Assembly (NCBI GenBank): GCA_965223335.1
Contig: OZ244991.1
Location: forward strand, 2,304,001-2,368,000
DNA length: 64,000 nt
Direction of reading: 5' to 3'
Source: Thermodesulfobacteriota bacterium
Lineage (GTDB): Bacteria; Desulfobacterota_D; UBA1144; Nemesobacterales; UBA2774
The notes beneath the pieces are model-generated. The model was not told the DNA's origin, searched no databases, and worked only from the letters and a program-made list of their open reading frames with translations. Each line of letters starts with the position of its first letter. Position 1 is the stretch's first letter. Position numbers and translations under genes: made by a program. This document shows, one piece after another, positions 30,891 to 42,397 of the stretch.

Positions 30891-31181
30891 GTTGCGAGAT
30901 CAAAAAGACATTGTCCTATTTTTGTATTAATCCTCATAACTTCAGCTATTTTCATATGATGGGGGTCTTAAGACCCCTTGTTGTGTTTTTATATTTGTAT
31001 TAACACTTCCCAAATCAATAATATTGCAATAGCGGCAATAGAAATATTGTTGCCCCCAACGCACAAAACTTACTTTTCAGTCATTTGTAATCCTTTTTTA
31101 ATGCTTTCGAACACAAATTAACCCCATATATGCAATAGCGGAATTAGCTATCCGTCTTCACTTTAGTTTTTTACAACTAAT

Positions 31182-31360
31182 TAGTGTCGCAGACACTAGT
31201 CCGACATTACGGTAATGGCGTATAGAAAATAAGCTTGAGAGGCGTTAAAAATGTATTTCGGGGCTGGGGTGGGATAAATACATTTAGCCTCAAGAGATTA
31301 TTTTTAGCCATTTCCGTACAGTCGGTGATTTTTGCATACTTTTGATCAAGCAAAAGTATG
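31182..31360 (+). repeat. Structured repeat unit
   Basis: Full unit. Confidence 0.85.
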
Positions 31361-31567
31361 AAGTAAATAGGCAATGAGTATCGGACTACCGATATGTAAT
31401 CCATATTGCACTAAACTCCCGGTACTCCCTAATAAATGGGGTCCCAGACCCCCTTTTGGTCAAGCAAAAGTAGCAATAAAAAAATATATTTTGCTTTTTG
31501 TGCCTATTATCAGTGCTCTTTATTTAGTTTTAGCCTTTGTATTTGAACAGTTTGACGGTGCAAGTTG

Positions 31568-32041
31568 TTATCCATCCATCCCCCTAAGCTTCTCCATTTC
31601 CCATAGCTCCCTATGCGGACACACATTCCCACTCAGCCTTGGGAAGTAACCCCCTGCTCCCCGCCTCTTCGTATCATGACAAAACGGACAAAACTCCGCC
31701 TGCTTCATAAACGCATGAAACATTGTATTTACAAGCCCAAACTGTTCCTTGTTCCCATACACCCACATCCGTATTTCATTATGCTTGACCCCGTTTTTCA
31801 CCAAAAACTTATCCGCAGCTATCCTCCCAACCCTATTTCCGTGCAAGTAGAGTCCCACAGCCTTCTTTTCAAAGCTCTTAAGTCCCCCCACATATCCCGA
31901 TATCGCCCCCGGTGTCTCAAGCGCCTCTAAATACGGGTAAAACATCTTCGGCAGGGCCTCGCCCCCTACCCAGCTTCCGTAATGCAACAGCGCCTCCTCT
32001 ATGTGGTTATATACGAGCTTTTTTCCGGTTCTTGTAATCAA
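31568..32041 (-). CDS. Hypothetical protein, possibly phage-derived, CxxC near C-terminus
   Basis: 157 aa ORF coupled to upstream ORF. Confidence 0.55.
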   Translation of the reverse strand: MITRTGKKLVYNHIEEALLHYGSWVGGEALPKMFYPYLEALETPGAISGYVGGLKSFEKKAVGLYLHGNRVGRIAADKFLVKNGVKHNEIRMWVYGNKEQFGLVNTMFHAFMKQAEFCPFCHDTKRRGAGGYFPRLSGNVCPHRELWEMEKLRGMDG

Positions 32042-32280
32042 TGCCTGTTTTCGCTCCTCTCCCTAGCGTTTTCCAACACCTCTTTTAGCCCCATCAAGTT
32101 GATCGAATTGCTATCCTTTTTGCCAACCCCCTTGCTCATTGTCACCAATAGCCCTATCAGCGTAAGCGCTATCATTGGCGCCATCACCCACAGCCACGAC
32201 CACTCTACCTGCCCCCACAGCTTCGCCCCTACAAAGAGCAGGTTCAAATACACAACAAACGCTATATAAAAGTTATTCAT
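32038..32280 (-). CDS. Small membrane protein of phage type
   Basis: AKLWGQVEWSWLWVMAP two-TM pattern; AGGAG RBS. Confidence 0.6.
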   Translation of the reverse strand: MNNFYIAFVVYLNLLFVGAKLWGQVEWSWLWVMAPMIALTLIGLLVTMSKGVGKKDSNSINLMGLKEVLENARERSENRH

Positions 32281-32498
32281 ATCATCTCCTTACACTTCAT
32301 ACCTAAACTATAGCCTTACTATCGTTTTCGAACAAATCAGCTACTCTTTCCATATCCTATCAGCATATATATTAAAGCTATATGCTATATAATATGTATA
32401 TGTATTATTTATACTCTTAATTTAAACGAGGCAGGTACTACCCACAAGGGGGAAATTTATTTGTTTCTAAAATATTCGGACTTATACATAAACACAAA

Positions 32499-32969
32499 CT
32501 AACATTCAGAAAACGCTTTAGTATCGGTATATTCCTCTATTATTAAATAATTGCCATCATTATCACGCTCAATAATCATGTAGTAACCTGTATCCACATA
32601 ACATTTCAGTTCCGAGTATCTATTTGCTTTAATTCTCGCTTTGTTTTCGATAATAGTAACACTGATATCGCTGAAGGTGCTTTTATCACCTTTTATATTT
32701 GCAACTGGCATCAGTTGTTCAATAAGTTGTTTCCATTCACTCCCACTAACCTCTAATTCTTTTTTCTTATCGAATGGATAATTTCGTGTTGACATAATTC
32801 TTGCAGAATCTGAATACATATCTGATACTGCAGTATCGAATTTATCACTCAGCTCAACATAATTACCAAAAAACTCCCTAGCACTCTCCTCGTCCGCATC
32901 CATAGCGTGCGTCAATTGAGCAACACCAACAAAAACAAAAATAAAACTCATCAACATTAAACATCTCAT
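32499..32969 (-). CDS. Hypothetical secreted protein (NTF2-like)
   Basis: Signal peptide; GGAGG RBS; AT-rich. Confidence 0.65.
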   Translation of the reverse strand: MRCLMLMSFIFVFVGVAQLTHAMDADEESAREFFGNYVELSDKFDTAVSDMYSDSARIMSTRNYPFDKKKELEVSGSEWKQLIEQLMPVANIKGDKSTFSDISVTIIENKARIKANRYSELKCYVDTGYYMIIERDNDGNYLIIEEYTDTKAFSEC

Positions 32970-33074
32970 ATCCTATACCTCCTAGCACCATGATGGATAA
33001 TGTATAAATATATAAATAATTATATCATCAGAACTTCTTGTGCATACATATCTTTAGTTTTTTACCTTTCCCAC

Positions 33075-33256
33075 ATGGGATCTTTGATCCCAATCCCGAC
33101 ATTCAGCTATTAGCGTTAAAGAAAATAGCGCAATGGAGTCGTAAATTGGTTTTCGGGGCTGTGGTCGGATTAAAATCAATTAGACGGAATTAGCTATTTT
33201 TAGCTAATCGCTGTCAGTCGGTGATTTTTGCATACTTTTGATCAAGCAAAAGTATG
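33075..33256 (+). repeat. Structured repeat unit
   Basis: cagc-attagc/gctaat-gctg stem type. Confidence 0.85.
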
Positions 33257-33352
33257 AGATAAACAGGTAATGAGTTGGGTTCAACTGCTATAGAAGCAAA
33301 TAAACTCCCGGTACTATGCTTTTAATAGGGCCTGCCTCCCATATATAGTCCC

Positions 33353-33691
33353 CTATACCTCCATCCTCTCAGTCACCTCATCCAACAAAGCAATCATAGA
33401 GTTTGACTCACAATGCACACAAACCCCTTCGAAACCCTCCGATATATCATCCAGCACCAGGAATGAAAACAGCGGTTCCGATTTTTGCGATTTGGTCCCA
33501 TCAATTTCATCTATGATTAAATCAAAGTGTGTTAACCCGTCCTCACCCGCGCCCCCATTCTCGACGGGCCTCAATAGGGGCTTATTCCTCCACTTGCGCT
33601 TTGCATAGCCGTACACAGCTACACCCAACGCACTACAGGCATTCCCCAGCCAATAAAGCCTTACCTCTCTTATCTCATGCACTCGAATCAT
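33353..33691 (-). CDS. Hypothetical protein
   Basis: 112 aa ORF. Confidence 0.45.
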   Translation of the reverse strand: MIRVHEIREVRLYWLGNACSALGVAVYGYAKRKWRNKPLLRPVENGGAGEDGLTHFDLIIDEIDGTKSQKSEPLFSFLVLDDISEGFEGVCVHCESNSMIALLDEVTERMEV

Positions 33692-33853
33692 TTAATCCGC
33701 ATACCTCAATACGCTACACGATGATTTTAAAAAATAATGAGTATATTAATAGTACGTTTACTAGCTATAATTGTAAACCTGTGTTCAATAACTAGAATGT
33801 TTTTATGGATTGTTTCACTCGGAATTGCTTCTTAGAAATTAAGGAAGGATACT

Positions 33854-34402
33854 CTATCCCACACCGCGGCCGGCCTCTTCCATCTTGGCCTGCACCTGCC
33901 TCACAAACACCTCTAGGTCCCCGCTCACCTTGCTTCGGGGCACTATCACGGCCCTCGAGGGATCGGTGTAGATGTACACATGCGTCGGCGACTTATCCAC
34001 CTTGTGTATATCTGCCCATGCCATACTACTCGTACCCTCCGGGCTTTGGTGTTCGAGCCTCTCATCCCCCACGCTCAATGTATGCCTGCCCGCAAGCCTC
34101 TCACCCCTCTCACCGCTGTAGAGCTTCTTTGCCATCCTGCTTACGTACCAACTTATGAGTTTTGGGTAAAACCATATCGCCGGCACAAACACCAACGAAT
34201 ATATGATAATAAACAGTGCCGCCGCCACGCCGGTCATTTCATCCTGGTGCCTACGATATATCACCACTGCCCCCACCGTGGCTATCACACCCAGCACTAT
34301 CCTAAACACCTTCACCGTCTTCCGGCCATAGTCCGAATACAGTGCATGGTGGCGGTTAAACTCCACCAAGTCGTCCAGCCCCACTTCATACTCTACACGC
34401 AT
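33854..34402 (-). CDS. YcxB-family membrane protein
   Basis: Two TM helices then WADIHKV...YIY...AVIVPR. Confidence 0.75.
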   Translation of the reverse strand: MRVEYEVGLDDLVEFNRHHALYSDYGRKTVKVFRIVLGVIATVGAVVIYRRHQDEMTGVAAALFIIIYSLVFVPAIWFYPKLISWYVSRMAKKLYSGERGERLAGRHTLSVGDERLEHQSPEGTSSMAWADIHKVDKSPTHVYIYTDPSRAVIVPRSKVSGDLEVFVRQVQAKMEEAGRGVG

Positions 34403-34554
34403 AACACACCCTCTTTATACAGACAATAATCTACCGTCTTATTATTATGCTGTATATATTGATCTTACATACTGTATATATCTAATATGTTGGAATCAAG
34501 TATACAAGTTAAATGGAATCACTACATCCCGGACCCGACACAAGAGATATAAAA

Positions 34555-35159
34555 AAGGGTCTCACCCGTACAGAACCTGTGCTCGTATACCCAAACAGGG
34601 ACTGTCCCGCCTTACCGTGTGGACTGTCCTTGTTTGAATGTCGTACCTCAAATTGAGGCAACCGCACGTGGACTGACCCTTTTTTTGTAACCTTTAGCCT
34701 TTCGTCTTCCCCCCTCATGGTGTCGCAGATCCCAGTCCGACATTACGGCAATGGCGTATAGAAAATAAGCTTGAGAGGCGTTAAGAATGGATTTCGGGGA
34801 TGTGGCGGGATAAATCTATTTAGAATCGAGAGATTATTTTTAGCCATTTCCGTTCAGTCGGTGATTTTTGCATACTTTTGATCAAGTAAAAGTATGAAGT
34901 AAAAAGGTAGTAAAGTGTCGGTCCAAGAAGATTACATTCGGAATGACTAAACCGTGGTTATTCCCATTTGGGATCGCAGATCCCAGTCCCGACATTCAGT
35001 GATTCACGTAAAGAAAATAGCGCAATGGAATCGTAATTTGGTTTTCGGGGTCGGGGGCACATTGAATGTGCTCTCATATCACCTATGTCAATCGTTTGAT
35101 ATGCCGCGGCGCGAGCCGTGTCGGCGATTTTTGTACACCTTTCATCGCGGAAAAGTAGG
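34555..35159 (+). repeat. REP-like hairpins plus two tandem structured units (34717-34896, 34969-35159)
   Basis: Units start 252 bp apart. Confidence 0.85.
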
Positions 35160-35299
35160 AAGATAAAAAATATTAAATAATGGCAAATAATGGCGATTCC
35201 CATAATGCAAGCAAACTTATGGGTATATGATTTTTAATTGAATTTGAGAGGTGTCAGCCGTGCCAAGGGTCGCTAGGCCCCTCCAAGATAACAGGGACT

Positions 35300-35824
35300 C
35301 TAATTTCCCCATTGATGCAGCGCATTGACCAGTATCTCTTCGCTCACACACTCTGCCGAGCTACCCAACAGATCGACATTCATGTCATATTCCAATCGCG
35401 ATGCATCCTCTGCATCAAACACATGAAATACTCTCTTTTTAGCCTCTGCATCGGTCATTTCATACTCGGCAATTGTCTTTCGTCTCTCTATCTCTTCGTC
35501 CGCTTTACAGTGCAGCCACACGTTATATACATCAAAACTTCTAAGTGCATTCCTCAGGATCTCCGTATATTCATCCTGCAAACAATAGTCAATTGTCAGA
35601 TTGATCTTATCCAGTATTACCGGCAGATTGTTTGCCAATACATGTACGATTGTTTTAAACTCATTGGGTTCGGTACTGCTTAGCATTCCATAAAGCTGAG
35701 TATTAAAATCAAACCTCGACAGCACAATCCTGCCCCTACTCTCGCTCAAAGCAGTTGCCAGCGAGCTCTTCCCTACATACCTCGCTCCACCTATCAATAT
35801 GACCTTACCGTAATCAGACACCAT
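35300..35824 (-). CDS. P-loop kinase (chloramphenicol phosphotransferase-like)
   Basis: VILIGGARYVGKSS Walker A. Confidence 0.65.
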   Translation of the reverse strand: MVSDYGKVILIGGARYVGKSSLATALSESRGRIVLSRFDFNTQLYGMLSSTEPNEFKTIVHVLANNLPVILDKINLTIDYCLQDEYTEILRNALRSFDVYNVWLHCKADEEIERRKTIAEYEMTDAEAKKRVFHVFDAEDASRLEYDMNVDLLGSSAECVSEEILVNALHQWGN

Positions 35825-36081
35825 ATATTCAGTTAAGTCCTTTACCGCAAGCCTTCAATGGGATATTTTAACTGTGCAAATTAGTTAATTCTTTTACTAT
35901 AATTATATCACCACTTCCATCTGTTAGTAGAACCTGACAATAATCTTATTTACATGCCTCCACAGAAATGCTTTTACCACAACCAACAGCACACCGATCC
36001 ATCGTGCTGTCAAAGATTTCTTGTCAATTATATATATTGATAGAGTTGCCAAGGCGCAATCTCTCATCATGTATTAATCAA

Positions 36082-36759
36082 CTACCCGCCAAATTGCTCT
36101 GCGGCCTCAATAGTTGCGCTTGTGTGCGCTACACAAGCAGTAGCATTCATGACCATCGCGATGTTTATAGCCTCCACTATTTCTTCTTTTACGACTCCTT
36201 CCTGTAGCCCGTCTCGCACACAGCTTCTTATGCACCACGGACACTTAGCCAATATTGCACATGCCAGTCCCATAAGCCCTTTCTTAAGTTTCTTAGGCAG
36301 GTGTCCGTCCTCGTATACAATATCGTGAAATGTGGCAAATTTGTCACGCATAGTGCCGCTTACTTTATGAAAGTCCTGTATCTGCGGGGTGATGTTTTTA
36401 CTTATAAAATAACCTTTAAACACACTTTCCTTACTCTTCATCAAATCATAATTTTCCAGCGCTATACTGCTGAAAGCATACGGCTGCCCCATAGCAAGCC
36501 GCATCGCGATGTATACCGATTCCGCAATTTGTTCATCCGTCGCACCCATCTCTTTCGACAGCTTTGTCCTGTGCCTTATGCAATGCTCACACCCCGTAAT
36601 ATGAGCACAAGACAATGCTATCAACTGCTTGTCCTTTACCGAAATCAGCCCCTCTTTAAAAACCTCGTCACGATACTCCGTCCACGCATCATTTAACTCA
36701 GGCACAAGCGCCTCAAATTTAGCTATATAACCCTCAACTTTGTCTACGTTAGTATTCAT
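36082..36759 (-). CDS. Tandem carboxymuconolactone decarboxylase/AhpD-like protein
   Basis: Two domains with CEHC and CPWC; GATDEQIAE. Confidence 0.8.
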   Translation of the reverse strand: MNTNVDKVEGYIAKFEALVPELNDAWTEYRDEVFKEGLISVKDKQLIALSCAHITGCEHCIRHRTKLSKEMGATDEQIAESVYIAMRLAMGQPYAFSSIALENYDLMKSKESVFKGYFISKNITPQIQDFHKVSGTMRDKFATFHDIVYEDGHLPKKLKKGLMGLACAILAKCPWCIRSCVRDGLQEGVVKEEIVEAINIAMVMNATACVAHTSATIEAAEQFGG

Positions 36760-36958
36760 TATTAGCCTCCCCATAAAATTTTTCAAACATTATATATTGA
36801 ATACCACCGCTTTGTATATAGCTAAGTCGTAGTATTTCCCAAATGGTGTCGCAGACACCACCACGCCCCCATACATACCCTACCTACGGTCGTGATACTA
36901 CTACTCCCTCTCGGCCCCCCATTGGCATTCAGCTTTCCCTCAATTATATTATTCCCCT

Positions 36959-37330
36959 ATGCCGCACCTCATACTCGAATACTCAGACAACATCATCGAA
37001 TCCCCCGATCCGTCTCGTGTTCTCGGCACACTGTCGCGGACACTCGCCGACAATGACGAGATCGACCTGGCTAATATCAAAAGCCGTTTGGTCAAGTCCG
37101 AACACTATTTCGTGTCCGACGGCTCCCGCGACCAGGCATTCCTCCACCTCCAGGTTGCACTGCTCGCAGGGCGGAGCCCCCAGTTTAAAGCGGAGCTCAG
37201 CAAAAAGCTCTACGACACTGTGGTTCAATTGTTTTCAGAATCCACCCGCAACCTCAACTGCTCTGTCACAGTGGAAATAAGGGATATGGACTCCCGGGCT
37301 TACACCAAGCAGTCCTTTGGCAACATCTAG
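36959..37330 (+). CDS. 5-carboxymethyl-2-hydroxymuconate isomerase family
   Basis: MPHLILEYS start (catalytic Pro1); IKSR; LLAGRS. Confidence 0.85.
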   Translation: MPHLILEYSDNIIESPDPSRVLGTLSRTLADNDEIDLANIKSRLVKSEHYFVSDGSRDQAFLHLQVALLAGRSPQFKAELSKKLYDTVVQLFSESTRNLNCSVTVEIRDMDSRAYTKQSFGNI

Positions 37331-37719
37331 GACCTTTCCCCGCCCTCATTGTTACCGTTTTTAATCATATGCATAATATCTTCGTACACTACTTTAATGC
37401 TCTCGTATCCATCCACATCAACATCTGCTTTATACGTAAAACAGTCTGTCCCTCTCATAAAATTAATATAGGTATGATCAACGTATTCCCCGTCCGGCAG
37501 CTTCGTAATCGAGTGTGTTATCACAAGCCCTGTCAACTCCGAGGTATTTAGCCTCTCCTCATGCTCCACAAATATCGCCCCTTCCGTTACCTCTTCGGGG
37601 TTAAGCCAGCTGTCAGCACGCCTCTGCCCCTTAAACAACAGCTCACCATCCTCTCTCGCAACCTCCACCTCACTGTCCACCGCAAACCCGTGCCCTATCA
37701 TGTGTTTCAGTCTCAGCAT
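37327..37719 (-). CDS. Hypothetical protein
   Basis: 130 aa ORF following the esterase gene. Confidence 0.55.
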   Translation of the reverse strand: MLRLKHMIGHGFAVDSEVEVAREDGELLFKGQRRADSWLNPEEVTEGAIFVEHEERLNTSELTGLVITHSITKLPDGEYVDHTYINFMRGTDCFTYKADVDVDGYESIKVVYEDIMHMIKNGNNEGGERS

Positions 37720-37735
37720 CCCGTCCTCTTCAGTT

Positions 37736-38767
37736 CTACATGTTATCTTCTATAAATTCTATCACATCCCCAGCGCTCACATCCAGTGTATTCGCTTTAT
37801 GCTCCCCGCCCTGGGTCAATATCCACTCGTGCGGCACCCCCGCTGCCGACAGTGCATCGCGCAGGTCCCTGCTCTGCTTCCACGGCACAAAACAGTCCGC
37901 TGTCCCGTTGGCTATAAATGCAGGCTTATCACCCGAGTCCACATGAAACACCGGGCTTGCCTGATCGAGGTCGTTCTGTGCACAGTTCTCAAGCGGGTCC
38001 AATGGGTTTAATGATAGTTCACAGCCCAAAAGCGCCACTACAGGCAGTGGATTTAACTCGGGCCCACAGCTAAGCGCTATCTCTAGCCCCTGCCCGGCTA
38101 TGGTGTTCAGGTCGTAAGGGCCGTAAAACAACACCCCTCCTACTACCTCTGACGAAAACCCCGGATTTGCCGGCCCCTCTAACGATGCCACCCCGTCTGT
38201 AGTCGCCAGCATCGCTGCCAGGTGCGCCCCTGCCGACTCCCCTATTGCAATGATCGCATTCGGATCTATACCCAATGAAGCCGCGTTTTGTCTCAGGTAC
38301 CTCACTACCGCCTTTGCATCATGCACCACCTCTGGCCACGCATCGTTGGACTCGTCAGCCAGCCTATAGTTAGCCGACACCAGGTGAAACCCCCCGGTCT
38401 CCGCAATATCTAACGCAATCTCCTCAATGTTTTCTTTGGAACCTATCACCCACCCACCGCTATGGAAATACACCAGCACCGGCCTCGGCGACTCTATGTC
38501 GTTAATACGATAATAATCAAGCGACTGCCTCTCTCCCCCTCCCGCGACATACTCCATAGTCATGGGTGTAGTGCTGAGTGTTCCCCCCGGCACAATAGTC
38601 ACGTTACCGCCACCGCCGCCACCGCCGTTTCCCCCGCCATTGCCACCGTTATTATTGCTGCTTCCCCCGCACCCACCAATGGAACCAAACACCATAAACA
38701 CAAACAAAAATGTTGTTACGGCCAAGCTCTTTATGTTTCTTTTATTATTTTTAAGATCTCTCATCAC
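37736..38767 (-). CDS. Alpha/beta hydrolase (HSL-type esterase), lipoprotein
   Basis: HSGGW and GESAG motifs; lipobox-like SIGGC and Gly linker. Confidence 0.85.
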   Translation of the reverse strand: MMRDLKNNKRNIKSLAVTTFLFVFMVFGSIGGCGGSSNNNGGNGGGNGGGGGGGNVTIVPGGTLSTTPMTMEYVAGGGERQSLDYYRINDIESPRPVLVYFHSGGWVIGSKENIEEIALDIAETGGFHLVSANYRLADESNDAWPEVVHDAKAVVRYLRQNAASLGIDPNAIIAIGESAGAHLAAMLATTDGVASLEGPANPGFSSEVVGGVLFYGPYDLNTIAGQGLEIALSCGPELNPLPVVALLGCELSLNPLDPLENCAQNDLDQASPVFHVDSGDKPAFIANGTADCFVPWKQSRDLRDALSAAGVPHEWILTQGGEHKANTLDVSAGDVIEFIEDNM

Positions 38768-38908
38768 ATGCCTCCGGCAAAATAGCTAATTTTGATACAT
38801 AATATAATAAATAATAGTCAACACTAAAACACCTAATATTTTTATTGTGTATAAATATATACCCACTCCTCGATACGTACAGTTTCTTATTGGTATTTTA
38901 GTATTTCC

Positions 38909-39178
38909 AATGGGATCACCAGATACCAATCCCGACCTTACGGGCAGATTACATGTGCAGGAATATGATTTTGTTTTAGCCTTTCGCCTTTCCCCCTATG
39001 GGGTCAGAGACCCCAATCCCGACATTACGGCAATGGCGTATAGAAAATAAGCTTGAGATGCGTTAAAAATAGATTTCGGGGCCGGGGTGGGATAAATCTA
39101 TTTAGCAACGAGAGATTATTTTTAGCCATTTCCGTTCAGTCGGTGACTTTTGGCTACTTTTGGTCAAGCAAAAGTAGC
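38909..39178 (+). repeat. Repeat fragment plus full structured unit (38998-39178)
   Basis: Same consensus as other units. Confidence 0.85.
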
Positions 39179-39462
39179 GAAGCAAACTGGAAATTAGTAT
39201 GGGTCTGGTAATATAGAAACCCTAATGCTAAAAAGTTTTGCATTGGGCTTACTGAACCTATACGCATTACCCCTATCCCCTAAACCTGCGACACATCTAC
39301 ATCCCTCAACACCCTCGATACCGAGTAATCCCTACCTGACAATACAACCCAATTAAACTTTTACATAATAGGTTTCTTAACTCACATTCAAAAATCTTGA
39401 CCACTCGTTCAATAATTTGATAACATTCATTTCAGGGGTAAATACATACGGGGAGGTATCCA

Positions 39463-39867
39463 ATGCGTAACTCTTTTTTCCATCTTTTTAGTTTCTCATT
39501 AGTTTTACTTTTCATTACGGGTCTTTCGCTAGCTCTACCGGCATCAGCCGAGGGTCTGCTAGACGGCAAAACATTCGAGGCCGAGGCCTCCGAGAAGGGC
39601 AAAGAAGACAAAACACCCGACACTCTAATTTTCAAAGACGGTATGTTTACATCCACCGACTGCGAACAGTACGGGTTTAAAGCCGCTCCATATAGTGCTA
39701 CGGAACAGGACGGCGTGATCAGCTTCGAGTCCCAGGCCACAAGCGATACCGAGGGCACCGTGGCATGGTCCGGCACTGTAGACGGGGGCAATATCTCAGG
39801 CACATTCGTCTGGACAAAACCCGGCCAAGACGCCATCGAATACACATACTCCGGCAAGGTTAAATAG
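39463..39867 (+). CDS. Hypothetical secreted protein
   Basis: Signal peptide; GGAGG RBS. Confidence 0.75.
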   Translation: MRNSFFHLFSFSLVLLFITGLSLALPASAEGLLDGKTFEAEASEKGKEDKTPDTLIFKDGMFTSTDCEQYGFKAAPYSATEQDGVISFESQATSDTEGTVAWSGTVDGGNISGTFVWTKPGQDAIEYTYSGKVK

Positions 39868-39911
39868 TAGATAGCACAGCACCTGCGCAGGAATATATTT
39901 TGTATTCTACA

Positions 39912-40600
39912 AAAGGGGACTGTCCCGCCTTACCATGTGGACTGTCCCCGTTGTATGGGAAAAGGGCTCTGTCCCTCTTTATCCGTGGACTGACCCCCTT
40001 TTTTGTAACCTTTCGTCTTTCTCCTTTCCCCTAATAGTGTGAAAGACACCAGTCCGACATTCAGCTATTAGCGTAAAGAAAATAGCGCAATGGAATCGTA
40101 AATTGGTTTTCGGGGCCGGGGCGGGATAAAAATCAATTAGATGGAGTTAGCTATTTTTAGCTAATCGCTGTCAGTCGGTGACTTTTGGCTACTTTTGGTC
40201 AAGCAAAAGTAGCAGTAAGAAACAATAAAAGTATCTTCCAACTAATACAGAATCATCAATGGATAACCCGTCGTTTTTCCCCTATGGGATCACCAGATCC
40301 CAGTCCCGACATTACGGCAATGGCGTATAGAAAATAAGCTTTTGAGGCGTTAAGAATGGATTTCGGGGTTGTGGTTGGATAAATCCATTTAGCATCGAAA
40401 GATTATTTTTAGCTATTTCCGTACAGTCGGCGATTTTTGCATACTTTTGATCAAGCAAAAGTATGAAGTAAACAGGCATTTAGATCCATGCTATGAAGTT
40501 ATTATCCCTAAGGGCACTAAACCATCATTTGCCTGGGTCGCTAGACCCTGACTGTTGGCTGTTTTTGGTCAAGCAAAAGTAGCACATTACATGTGCAGGA
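39912..40600 (+). repeat. REP-like pair plus two tandem structured units (40034-40213, 40284-40465)
   Basis: Units start 250 bp apart. Confidence 0.85.
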
Positions 40601-40686
40601 ATATAATTTGTATCGTGTATAAATGAGACTTTCTCAATAATCATTAAAGTCCCGTTACTCCCTTTTGAATAGACCCCCGAGACCCC

Positions 40687-41523
40687 TCAGACATCCATCA
40701 CCAGCGCCGTATCGTCCCGGTTCGCCCACTCGGCCATCGATCCGTCATAAATACCGACCGGTGGGTAACCCAACATCTCAAATACAAACGCTATCATCGT
40801 AGCCCGCACCGCCGACTGACAGTGCGCCACTGTCCTCTTTTCGGGATTCACACCCGCGTTGTCAAAGATTGCTTTTATCTCTTCTGGGGGCCTAAACCTT
40901 CTAACCCCCTCTGTGTCGGTAGAGTTCTCGAGCAGTGTGTTCCACTCCACGTGTAGCGCTCCGGGTATATGCCCGGCCCTCATATTTCCGTGCTGGTCGG
41001 CCCCCGTATATTCCCCGTGCGACCTCGCATCTATTATCTGCCACCTCGGGTCCTCCATTGCTTCTGTCAATTGTTCTCTCGATACTATCCTATCAACATC
41101 TGCCTGCGCACCGAACTCATGCTCCGAGGGGTTATATTCGTTTGTTCTATAACTTATCGGATAACCCATCTCGACCCAGTTCTGCCATCCCCCGTCCAGC
41201 ACATATGCATTATTAAATCCATAATATTTAAGCACCCACCACAACCTTGTCGCAAATATAGAGCCCCACTCATCATAAAGCACCACAGTCGAGCCCTCCT
41301 CAATGCCCAGCTGCTTCAACAGATCACACAGCTCATAGTCCTCCACTACAAAAAGAGAATCTTCCCCACCCGGTTCTTTTGATTTTATATATGAATGCCC
41401 CGGACGACAGCGCGCCCCTGGTATATGAGCCCTTGTATACGAGTAATACTCCCAAGGACAGTCTACAACTATTAGGTTTGGATTCCCCAGCTTTTCAGAC
41501 AACTTCTTCGGCCCTATCAACAT
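40687..41523 (-). CDS. Tandem-domain sulfurtransferase (rhodanese/SseA family)
   Basis: HIPGA twice, LDGG, HCQSAVRA, YDGSMAEW. Confidence 0.9.
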   Translation of the reverse strand: MLIGPKKLSEKLGNPNLIVVDCPWEYYSYTRAHIPGARCRPGHSYIKSKEPGGEDSLFVVEDYELCDLLKQLGIEEGSTVVLYDEWGSIFATRLWWVLKYYGFNNAYVLDGGWQNWVEMGYPISYRTNEYNPSEHEFGAQADVDRIVSREQLTEAMEDPRWQIIDARSHGEYTGADQHGNMRAGHIPGALHVEWNTLLENSTDTEGVRRFRPPEEIKAIFDNAGVNPEKRTVAHCQSAVRATMIAFVFEMLGYPPVGIYDGSMAEWANRDDTALVMDV

Positions 41524-41542
41524 TGCGTCTGCGCCTCCCACT

Positions 41543-42070
41543 TCCCCATTTTGTTCCTACCTGCCGTTCGCAAAAGACCGCTCCCTCTCGGCCCCCATAT
41601 CCCCATTTTGTACCTGCCTGCCGTTCGCAAAAGACCGCTCCCTCTCGGCCCCCATATCCCCATTTTGTTCCTACCTGCCGCTCATACACTACATTCACTT
41701 GCGGCCCCCACTTCCCCATTTTGTCCCTACCTGCCGTTCGCAAAAGACCGCTCCCTCTCGGCCCCCATGGGCACAAAGTCCCGATACTCCCTCAAGGGGT
41801 CTGTCCCTCTTTACCCGTGGACTGACCCCGTAGTTGCGATAATCATCACAACTCCCGGTACTCCCTTATGATAGGGGTCTCCAGACCCCCACTACCCCAT
41901 TTCGTCCCTGCCTGCCGCTCATACACTACATTCACTTGCGGCCCCCATATCCCCATTTTGTTCCTACCTGCCGTTCGCAATAAACCGCTCACTTGCGGCC
42001 CCCATATCCCCATTTTGTTCCTACCTGCCGTTCGCAATAAACCGCTCACTTGCGGCCCCCATATCCCCAT
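41543..42070 (+). repeat. ~55-bp tandem repeat arrays
   Basis: ccccattttgttcctacctgccg-[variable]-cggcccccatat, about 7 copies. Confidence 0.85.
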
Positions 42071-42397
42071 TATAGCAATCCACCCGATCTCGCGCAAGCA
42101 CGTAAATTGCTATATATCTATGTGAGTATTTAATTTGATTTTACAGGTTAACTAGTTGTATAATGGGAAGGTTATAAAGAGTAAAACGAGCCCTACGCGG
42201 CTCCGGCTAATGCCAGTAAAAAATTAGATGGGGTTCCGCCAGGGCTCGTTAATCACAACCAGCGCCCATTAGTATATCTGATTCTTCGAACCCCGCATCA
42301 GAAATCTAGCAATTTTTTTCTATTCGGAAAAATTTCTTTAATTTTTGGCACATACCATATCTAATCCGGTCCTATAATTCACAAATCCTTGTTCATA

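Noticed and set aside
41543..42070. CRISPR or guide array interpretation of the 55-bp tandem repeats
   Set aside because: Only two or three recurring cores rather than unique spacers.
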